Of a stretch of 64,000 nucleotides of DNA, positions 57,174 to 64,000 are shown piece after piece. The stretch is taken from assembly GCA_017303675.1 (NCBI GenBank), contig JAFLBX010000002.1, positions 957,642 through 1,021,641 of the forward strand. The letters run 5' to 3'. The notes under the pieces are model-generated. The model made no database searches, was not told the DNA's origin, and saw nothing but the letters and a program-made list of their open reading frames with translations. The translations under genes were made by a program, and so were the position numbers. The stretch comes from Ignavibacteria bacterium. GTDB lineage: Bacteria > Bacteroidota > Ignavibacteria > Tepidaquicellales > OLB5. The number at the start of each line of letters is the position of its first letter. The first letter of the stretch is position 1.

Positions 57174-57542
57174 GCGTGGATATGCTTTTACAGGGAAAGA
57201 TAAAATTTAAATTTTTTTCTTTGAAGAATGGAACACTGATGAAACGGATGAAGCGGATATATACGGATTAAATAATTTATTAATAAGATAAGAATGATGA
57301 GAATTTAAATCTGATGAATCAAACGGAATAGTAAACTACTTTAGATCTTAATCTATGGGCTCAATATTATAAGCCTAAAAATGTAATTTGTGTATGTTAT
57401 AGTATTTAACTAATTTCATAACCCAAATACATTAGAAATTTCATGAAAAAGCCGATTTTGGCGTTATTTAATATACCAGATTTCGGTTAGGGAATTATTG
57501 TAGCTGAACTTTATATTTGTTGAAATAACAATCAAACATTCA

Positions 57543-58016
57543 ATGCTTCAGACTGTACAAAAGAACATATTCATATATAAATTTCTCAGCGGGTTAACGC
57601 CTGTTGGGTTCAGCAAATATACGCTGTGTTACGTATCATTTAAGCCGCGTGCCGGCAGCGGGTATTTTGGTGTAGCTGAAGGTGATGAGTTCCGCGAGAA
57701 GCTTGAAGGAAAAATTGTAATTAAAGCTTGGAAAGAGCTGCCGGGGAAATTCCCGATCTGTATACTTGGCGATTACTCCATAACTCCTGATACATTCAGC
57801 GGAATAATTATGATAGATAATTCCCAGGCGCTTGATAACCCGAAAAAGTATATTCCAAAAATACTTTCGGCTTTCAAGAACCGCTCGACACTTCTGCTTA
57901 ACCAGTTCCACGGAACACACGGCAGGGTTTTCTGGGAAAATGCTTATGATGAAATTACAATAGACAGTGTTGAATCATTCAACAAAGCTTTGAATCTGCT
58001 AAAGAAAGAAAATTAA
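57543..58016 (+). CDS. REP-associated tyrosine transposase (RAYT / IS200-Y1)-like protein with degenerate HUH motif
   Basis: GKIVIKAWKELPGKFPICILGDYSITPDTFSGIIMI parallels the family pattern G..V...W.EL...FP.I.LDEFV.MPNH.H.I. RVFWENAYDEITIDSVESFNKALNLL parallels LWQRNYYEHIIRNE..L.RI..YI. The H-x-H is replaced by T-F-S. This match is recalled from memory and was not searched. Confidence 0.5.
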   Translation: MLQTVQKNIFIYKFLSGLTPVGFSKYTLCYVSFKPRAGSGYFGVAEGDEFREKLEGKIVIKAWKELPGKFPICILGDYSITPDTFSGIIMIDNSQALDNPKKYIPKILSAFKNRSTLLLNQFHGTHGRVFWENAYDEITIDSVESFNKALNLLKKEN

Positions 58017-58079
58017 AATTTTATTGGGTTAATTACAGGATTAAATATCATGCAGTGAAAAAAGGGCGTCCGGTAGGCG

Positions 58080-58370
58080 CTCTTTATTTTGTTGTTTTAA
58101 AAATGTTAGGGGCTAAAGCCCATATTTGAGTGGAGGTACGCTGCCCACGGTCTAAAGACCGTGGCTATTTTCTAAAAGCGGCTCCTCCTGTCACTCCCGC
58201 GGAGTGATTTCCCCCGCTTAAAACAAGACTGTTGTTTCGAAGAGGAGGGAAAAAATGTGCTTCGACGAAGTTTATCCCGCAAAATTTTTTGCGGGACTCA
58301 GCACGACAAGGATTGTTTGAATACCCTTTGACTCACTACTGAGGCCGTCGAAACACTCAGGGTGAGATAT
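58080..58370. repeat. cluster of short GC-rich hairpins (BIME-like)
   Basis: Hairpins include ggggctaaagccc, ccacggtctaaagaccgtgg and cactcccgcggagtg. The segment cgacgaagtttatcccgcaaaattttttgcgggactcag is also found at 54927-54965. Confidence 0.7.
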
Positions 58371-58371
58371 T

Positions 58372-59661
58372 TTAAACTGTTCTGAGTTTTATTATAGCTT
58401 CGGTGCCCTCATTCAGCTTGCTTGTGATATTCAGCTCGCCTTTATGCGCATCGATAATTTTTTTGCAGATGGAAAGTCCAAGTCCGAAGCCGCCCGTGCG
58501 GCGTGAACGGGACCTATCAGCGCGGTAGAAGGGCTCAAAGATATTTTTAATATCTTCTTCCGGAATTCCGCTGCCGGTATCCTTAAAGCTGATGAAGGCT
58601 TCGCCTTTTTGTTCGGTGATACTTATTATTACATCATTCTGTGAATACTTCAGCGCATTATCTATGAGGTTCCTGAAGACCACCTGCATTTTATCCATAT
58701 CGATATTGCAGTATATTTCCTTAGCGGGATTTGTGAACTTCAGCCGGGAGTTCTCATCATATTCAGCGATGGTCTCATCCAGAAGCTCTGTAACATCAGC
58801 CTTTTCAGGCTTGATATGGTTGAACCCTGAATCAGCGCGGTAATTTTCAAGCAGCCCGGTTATCATACGCTCCATTTCAAGCACATCTTCTTCTATCTTT
58901 TCTTTTGATGAGCCAACTTCGAGTCCAAGCTTAATGCGCGTAAGCGGCGAGCGCAGCTCGTGTGATACATCTATCAATAGCTGTTCCTTATTCTTAATAG
59001 AGCTGTTGATCTTATCAGACATTACGCCGATTGAATCGGCAAGTTCGCCAAGCTCATCCTTCCTGCCTTTTGGCAGCTTCACATCATAGTTGCCTTCGCC
59101 AATGCTTACCACAGCAGCAGAGAGGTCCTTCAGCGGACTGAAGAGGCTGCGCAGAAGGAAATAAAGAATTACAATAATTACGCTGATAAATAAAATCAGC
59201 ATTAAAATTGCACGTTCAGGTTTAAATAGCTGGGGGTTAAAAGGTTTTATCACAAATACACCTTGCGGGAATCTGATGACTGAATACGGCTCGCCATCAT
59301 GGTGAGCTATAATGGACTCATTATCATCAAAACGCGCCCTGTCACCCGGATCGCTTAATATTGCATTAATATCAGGAAGCTCATCATTTGATGACCAGTT
59401 ATAGGGTGAGCCGATATATCTCATTTCAATATCGAGGTCATCGCATATCTGTTTGGCTTTAACGGTATCAGGCGGTATGCCGATTTCATAAACCAAATGG
59501 CGCTCCATTCGCCGTGAAAAATCACGAAGGAACTTTCTAGGCTTTTTATCTGAGGTTGCTTCGAATACAAAGAGCACAATTATATTCAGTAAAATACCGA
59601 ATACAAAAACTACCAGTATCAGCTTCAGGAATATCGATAAGTTGGGTGTTTTAAATTTCAA
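58372..59661 (-). CDS. sensor histidine kinase (CpxA/EnvZ-like: 2 TM, HAMP, HisKA, HATPase_c)
   Basis: H-box SHELRSPLT, N-box FRNLIDNALKY and G-boxes DTGSGI / GGFGLGLSI. Confidence 0.85.
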   Translation of the reverse strand: MKFKTPNLSIFLKLILVVFVFGILLNIIVLFVFEATSDKKPRKFLRDFSRRMERHLVYEIGIPPDTVKAKQICDDLDIEMRYIGSPYNWSSNDELPDINAILSDPGDRARFDDNESIIAHHDGEPYSVIRFPQGVFVIKPFNPQLFKPERAILMLILFISVIIVILYFLLRSLFSPLKDLSAAVVSIGEGNYDVKLPKGRKDELGELADSIGVMSDKINSSIKNKEQLLIDVSHELRSPLTRIKLGLEVGSSKEKIEEDVLEMERMITGLLENYRADSGFNHIKPEKADVTELLDETIAEYDENSRLKFTNPAKEIYCNIDMDKMQVVFRNLIDNALKYSQNDVIISITEQKGEAFISFKDTGSGIPEEDIKNIFEPFYRADRSRSRRTGGFGLGLSICKKIIDAHKGELNITSKLNEGTEAIIKLRTV

Positions 59662-59679
59662 TTAAAAATGCTCCGCATT

Positions 59680-60384
59680 TTATTTTTTCACCTCGTCTAA
59701 AAAGAACATATAACCGATGCTGTGCACGGTTTTAATTACCTGTTCCTTATCCTTTTTGCTGCCAAGCGATTTGAACTTATTACGAAGGCGTGAAACCATA
59801 ACATCAACTGAGCGGTCAAAGCTCATCCATGATATTCCGCGAGTGTTCTGCATGATCTCATCACGTGAGAGCACCTTGCCGTTATTCTTAACGAAAAGCA
59901 GCAGCAGCTCATATTCAGTTGAAGTAAGCTCCATATCTTTTCCGTGGTATGAAGCTGAGCGTTTATTGGGGTCAACAACCAGGTCCTTTAGCAGGATATT
60001 TTCATTTTTTTTCAGCTTAAGCTCGCTGCGGCGCAGCACTGATTGTATCCTTGCAAGCAGCTCACGCGGCTCAAACGGTTTTGGAAGGTAATCATCAGCG
60101 CCAAGCTCAAGCCCAACAACTTTATCGGTAACCTCTCCCCTTGCGGTCAGCATCACAACGGGGGTTTCGTGGTCTTTTCTTATCTGCTTAACAGTTTCAA
60201 AGCCGTCCATATCAGGAAGCATGACATCGAGTATGATAAGGTCATAGTGGTTGTTCTTTAACTTGACAAGGCCATCCTTCGGATTTTCGACCGCCGTAGT
60301 GATAAAATTGTTCTTACCGAGGTATTCCTCGAGCAGCTCATTGAGCTTGTTATCATCATCTATTATAAGTATCGATTTGGACAT
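59680..60384 (-). CDS. OmpR-family response regulator (CpxR-like)
   Basis: ILIIDDD...LDVMLPDMDG...MLTARGEVTDKVVGLELGADDYLPKPFEPRELLARIQSVLRR plus a winged-helix C-terminus. Confidence 0.9.
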   Translation of the reverse strand: MSKSILIIDDDNKLNELLEEYLGKNNFITTAVENPKDGLVKLKNNHYDLIILDVMLPDMDGFETVKQIRKDHETPVVMLTARGEVTDKVVGLELGADDYLPKPFEPRELLARIQSVLRRSELKLKKNENILLKDLVVDPNKRSASYHGKDMELTSTEYELLLLFVKNNGKVLSRDEIMQNTRGISWMSFDRSVDVMVSRLRNKFKSLGSKKDKEQVIKTVHSIGYMFFLDEVKK

Positions 60385-60494
60385 ATTATATTAATTGATC
60401 TTTCTAATTACCTTCATTTTTTGGCGCAAATAAAAGGGGAATACCGGAAGATTTCTGAAAAGTAAGTATTGTAAAAAAACGAACACTTTTTAAA

Positions 60495-60518
60495 GATTCC
60501 TGCCTTCGCAGGAATGAC
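60495..60518 (-). repeat. REP-like hairpin (GTCATTCCTGCGAAGGCAGGAATC)
   Basis: Read directly from the sequence. Same GTCATTC...GAATC frame as the other copies. Confidence 0.8.
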
Positions 60519-60632
60519 AAATTACTTTTAAGAAAATCTCTGATGCTCCCCCAATACTTTAAAAATACATATCATTAAACAGAGTTTCTATCTAAAAATA
60601 CTTTAATTAAATTCAGGTAGTTGGTTGTTTTA

Positions 60633-60800
60633 CCGCAGCCGCAGGCTTTTAGCCTGCAAATTCAGGGCGCAGCCTGAAGGCTGCGGCTACAGATAATTTA
60701 AAAAATTACGTTAATGAAGCTGCCGCAGGCTTTAGCCTGTGAATTTAGGGCGCAGCCTGAAGGCTGCGGCTACAGATAATTAAAAAATCATGTTAATGAA
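60633..60800. repeat. tandem duplication (period about 84 bp, 2 copies) of a double-hairpin unit
   Basis: ccgcaggcttt(t)agcctgYRaatttagggcgcagcctgaaggctgcggctacagataatt...gttaatgaa occurs at 60639-60718 and 60723-60800. Confidence 0.85.
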
Positions 60801-60833
60801 AATGAATTTTCAAACCAACCCACTACTAATTAT

Positions 60834-61400
60834 TTATTGTTTACCGTCTTCCCGGTCCCGTTTATCTTTGCGTTCTTTTCTTTTTTCATGGAACTCTTTC
60901 ATTTTATCAACGGCTTTATTTCTTTGTTCAGGTGTTAAAATACTGTGGAACCTGGCTGTCTGGTCAAGCATAAAATTACGCATTTCATCGCGCTCAGCGT
61001 CATGCTGTTTCATCATATCAAGCGCTTTCTGTTTATCAAAAGTATCGCCGCGGAACATTTCCATCATTTCACCCATATCTTTTTTTCTGTCGGTTTTTTT
61101 GCTGTCCATCTTAAGCTGTATCTCTTCTTTAATCTTCATCACTTCGTTTTTCTGCTGCTCTGTGAGATCAAGATCCCTTAAAGCCATTTCCATGATCATA
61201 CCAAGCGGACCGTGAGGCCTGTGTTTATCATAATATCCTTTGGCAAAACCAAATCCGGCAATACCGGTGATTATAACAAGCACTAATACCGCGCTGATTA
61301 TAATAGTCTTCCTGCTTTTTTTATTCTTTTGGTTTTTTGATGAAGATGAAAGCTGGTCATTCAGCTCCGGCGGATTGTTGAATGTATTCATATCTGACAT
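60834..61400 (-). CDS. Spy/CpxP-family periplasmic protein (LTxxQ motifs)
   Basis: N-terminal TM/signal followed by LDLTEQQKNEVMKIKEE and LTPEQRNKAVDKMKEF (LTxxQ repeats). Confidence 0.65.
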   Translation of the reverse strand: MSDMNTFNNPPELNDQLSSSSKNQKNKKSRKTIIISAVLVLVIITGIAGFGFAKGYYDKHRPHGPLGMIMEMALRDLDLTEQQKNEVMKIKEEIQLKMDSKKTDRKKDMGEMMEMFRGDTFDKQKALDMMKQHDAERDEMRNFMLDQTARFHSILTPEQRNKAVDKMKEFHEKRKERKDKRDREDGKQ

Positions 61401-61689
61401 TATTTTTTTGCTCCTTTTGCTACGGCAAATATTTTATTTGACGTATGAATTTTTACTTCAGAATTTATACAAATTTACTTCTTATACTCACAAATATTAT
61501 GATTTTATTGTAATTATACTGTAAATAAATGTTACAAAAAAAGGGGTTGTTCCATGAATTAATTGATGGAAAATACCTTAAAATTTTCCCAATAATTCTG
61601 AAACAACCCCGTAAAATTCTGAAATAATCCGCCTTCGGCTCCACTCATACGAACGAAATTTTTAATCTGAAAAACTAAAATACAATGCT

Positions 61690-62214
61690 TTATCTGAAGT
61701 TTTTCATCTGCTTGTATAATGATTTCAGCTTATCAACAGCATCATTTCTTTGCTGAGATGTCATTAAACTATGCAGCTTTTCAAGCTCATCAACCATATA
61801 CACAGCAAGATCCCTGTTTTCGGAATCCTGTAAGTTAGCAATTCTCATAGCTTCGTTCCTGTCATACTGCTCAGCCCTGAAGAGGGCTTCGATATCCTTA
61901 CCGCCGGTTACATGAGTAACTTTGCGGTTTTCAAGCTTTGCATTCAGATCGTTCTTAATTTTCATGACTTCAGTTTTTTGCTGCTCATTCAGGTTAATTT
62001 CGCCGGCGACCTGTTCAACCAGCTTGCCGTATGGGTCATCCTGCAATCCCGTAAAAGCATAACTGATAATAGACGTTCCGGTGGCAATTACAGCAGCGAG
62101 CAATAACCCGGTTAAAACGAACATTAATCCCGGTTTCCTTTTTTGGGTGCGGCCTTTATTAATGTGCTCATTCATTAATGGACCCGACCCTTTGTTTTCT
62201 TGGTGCGTTCTCAT
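61690..62214 (-). CDS. Spy/CpxP-family periplasmic protein (paralog)
   Basis: INLNEQQKTEVMKIKNDL and MTSQQRNDAVDKLKSL in the same layout as 60834-61400. The start may be ATG 62175. Confidence 0.6.
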   Translation of the reverse strand: MRTHQENKGSGPLMNEHINKGRTQKRKPGLMFVLTGLLLAAVIATGTSIISYAFTGLQDDPYGKLVEQVAGEINLNEQQKTEVMKIKNDLNAKLENRKVTHVTGGKDIEALFRAEQYDRNEAMRIANLQDSENRDLAVYMVDELEKLHSLMTSQQRNDAVDKLKSLYKQMKNFR

Positions 62215-62319
62215 TTTTTCAGCTCCCTGTTATTTAATAATTTGTGATTTGGGTTTATCTTGTAATATATAGAACACCAAAACATGCGGTAAATTTCCAA
62301 AACGTAAAAAATTAACGCT

Positions 62320-62334
62320 GTAAAAAAATGTAAA
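62320..62334. promoter_or_regulatory. CpxR-box-like direct repeat GTAAA-N5-GTAAA
   Basis: gtaaaaaaatgtaaa lies 106-120 nt upstream of the CpxP-like gene start (62214). Additional GTAAA pentamers occur at 62289 and 62303. Confidence 0.3.
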
Positions 62335-62432
62335 CAGCACAATCACATATTTAAACATAGGTTTGATAAATATTAAACTAACATCTTAAACAAAAAAATA
62401 TTAATTTGCTTATTAGAATAAAAACATAACGT

Positions 62433-63458
62433 ATGAAAAAGTTTATAATTATTTTATTTTTATTTGTTTATTCAATCAGCAGCAGTATTACGGCGCAGGA
62501 TACATTTTCTATAACGGCAGTTGACCCGGTAACGGGACTTGTTGGCAGCGCGGGAGCATCATGCATTGCCGGCTCAATAATATTGAGCGATGTACATCCG
62601 AACCGCGGTGTTATACATACACAGGCACAGTATAACGCAACCAACCAGGCAATTGGCAGAAATTTAATGAACCTTGGATTTTCACCGCAGCAAATAATTG
62701 ATTCCCTGGTTGCGCGTGACACTAATCCGTTTATCAGGCAGTACGGTATTACGGATTTTATCGGTAATACAGTCAGAACTGCGGGATACACAGGTGTAAA
62801 CTGCACTAATTATAAAAACCATAATCTGGGTCCAACTTTTACAGTACAGGGAAATATACTGCTTGGACAACAGATACTGGACTCAATGTACAGCAGGTAT
62901 GTTAACACTCCCGGCACAATGGCTGAAAAATTAATGGCTTCATTGCAGGGGGCAAAGGTAATAGGCGCAGATACTAGGTGTCAGCCTGTCAGGTCATCGA
63001 TTTCGGCATTCATAAGAGTAGCAAAGCCTACTGATCCGCAGAGCGGTCCATACTGGCTTGACCTGAATGTGCAGACAGTTCCCTCACCAAAGGACCCGAT
63101 CGATTCACTGCAGGTTTTATTCAACCAGTGGCAAACAACGGGGATTTCAAATAACCAGGGAATTTATCCTGAGACATTTTCACTCGGGCAAAACTTCCCT
63201 AACCCGTTTAACCCTGTAACAAGCATTACGTTCGATATCGGCACGCTTTCATATGTAAAGCTGGCAGTATATGATGTTGCAGGCAAAGAAGTTGCTGTGC
63301 TTGCCGATTATAATTTCCACAGAGGCAGATATACAATTGATTTTGACGCAGCGGGTCTTGCAAGCGGAGTTTACATTTACAGGATCTTTGCCGCTGATGT
63401 GTTGAATACATCGAAAAATGTGTTTACCGATACGAAGAAAATGGTGGTGATAAAATAA
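62433..63458 (+). CDS. DUF1028-like (Ntn-hydrolase fold) protein with T9SS C-terminal domain
   Basis: After the signal peptide, TFSITAVDPVTGLVGSAGASC resembles the DUF1028 N-terminus. C-terminal GQNFPNPFNPVTSITF. Confidence 0.55.
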   Translation: MKKFIIILFLFVYSISSSITAQDTFSITAVDPVTGLVGSAGASCIAGSIILSDVHPNRGVIHTQAQYNATNQAIGRNLMNLGFSPQQIIDSLVARDTNPFIRQYGITDFIGNTVRTAGYTGVNCTNYKNHNLGPTFTVQGNILLGQQILDSMYSRYVNTPGTMAEKLMASLQGAKVIGADTRCQPVRSSISAFIRVAKPTDPQSGPYWLDLNVQTVPSPKDPIDSLQVLFNQWQTTGISNNQGIYPETFSLGQNFPNPFNPVTSITFDIGTLSYVKLAVYDVAGKEVAVLADYNFHRGRYTIDFDAAGLASGVYIYRIFAADVLNTSKNVFTDTKKMVVIK

Positions 63459-63608
63459 CAAATAACAAATAGCAAATAACAAATAGCAACTTTATAGAAT
63501 AAATCGCGAAATGTTATCCCGCTTTCAGCGGGACTTCGAAAATTACTTCGTAATTTTCTTGAACGCAAAAGGAAAAGACATAAAAATTTCAATAATTAAA
63601 AGTTCAAA

Positions 63609-64000
63609 TTGCCGCAGATAGTAACCAATTACATAGAGCTTCATATATGCAGGAAGACTGACGAGGGAGATAAATTCCTGCTGCTAAAGCGTTCAGAGAA
63701 CGCCAAAATTTACCCCGGTATATGGCAGATGATAACCGGGACAATTGAATCACACGAACACACAAAAGATACATTGCTGCGCGAGCTTGAAGAGGAGACA
63801 GGCTTAAAACCTGCTAAGATATACAGCATTCCCAGGATAAACACATTTTATCTTGCGATTTCTGATAAAATATGCATGTCACCTGTTTTTTTAACTATTG
63901 TGGAGGACGAAAAAGTAACGATTAGCGATGAGCACTCAGAATATAAATGGGCATCGTATGAGCTGGCAAAAGATCTTATCCACTGGCCGAACCAGGTCGA
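63609..64000 (+). CDS. NUDIX hydrolase (3' end outside window)
   Basis: The frame is open from TAA 63597-63599 to the window end. Nudix box GTIESHEHTKDTLLRELEEETGL. The only start candidate is TTG 63609. Confidence 0.7.
   Translation, partial: MPQIVTNYIELHICRKTDEGDKFLLLKRSENAKIYPGIWQMITGTIESHEHTKDTLLRELEEETGLKPAKIYSIPRINTFYLAISDKICMSPVFLTIVEDEKVTISDEHSEYKWASYELAKDLIHWPNQV

Noticed and set aside
60633-60800. Possible mini-CRISPR or riboswitch tandem
   Set aside because: There are only two copies of an 84-bp unit with no spacers, and the motif belongs to the dispersed hairpin repeats. No known riboswitch core was recognised.

Overview
This is 64 kb of low-GC bacterial chromosome (about 30-45% GC by eye, varying by region). 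It most likely comes from the FCB group (Ignavibacteriota/Bacteroidota-like). Three things support that: ten predicted secreted proteins end in the type IX secretion C-terminal sorting signature (QN[YF]PNPFNP.T.I.[FY]), atpD-atpC stand alone as a split operon, and the genes I checked mostly lack Shine-Dalgarno sites.

Content, left to right:
- A small stress/regulator cluster (ArsR, SRPBCC, AraC).
- Housekeeping genes: smpB, tyrS, pdaD, thiamine pyrophosphokinase, comEC, folE-queD, tRNA-Arg(CCG), tRNA-Lys(UUU), a csp gene and atpDC.
- A class III nucleotidyl cyclase flanked by DinB paralogs.
- Two OmpA/PD40 paralogs bracketing two SBBP beta-propeller genes.
- An approximately 13 kb run of eight consecutive T9SS cargo genes (BNR/sialidase-like paralogs, an S8 peptidase, a GH5-like hydrolase).
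- A Cpx-like two-component module with two CpxP/Spy-like genes.

Intergenic DNA is saturated with several families of short palindromic (REP/MITE-like) repeats. A degenerate REP-associated tyrosine transposase-like ORF sits among them.

The most unusual region is 47.5-54.9 kb. About 6.9 kb is bracketed by roughly 250 bp direct composite repeats. It carries an intact fused type IIG restriction-modification gene with an in-frame GC-rich palindrome at a sharp compositional break. Downstream of that gene are three AT-rich unrecognisable small genes; two of them form a translationally coupled pair with strong SD sites, encoding a 67-aa CxCC-tail protein and a 4-TM protein. The segment also holds 1.2 kb of ORF-free DNA with a terminator-bounded candidate ncRNA, and a 301-aa HTH-like ORF. 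I consider this the best candidate for an undescribed defence-type accessory system.

All functional calls rest on motifs read by eye. No database search was possible.
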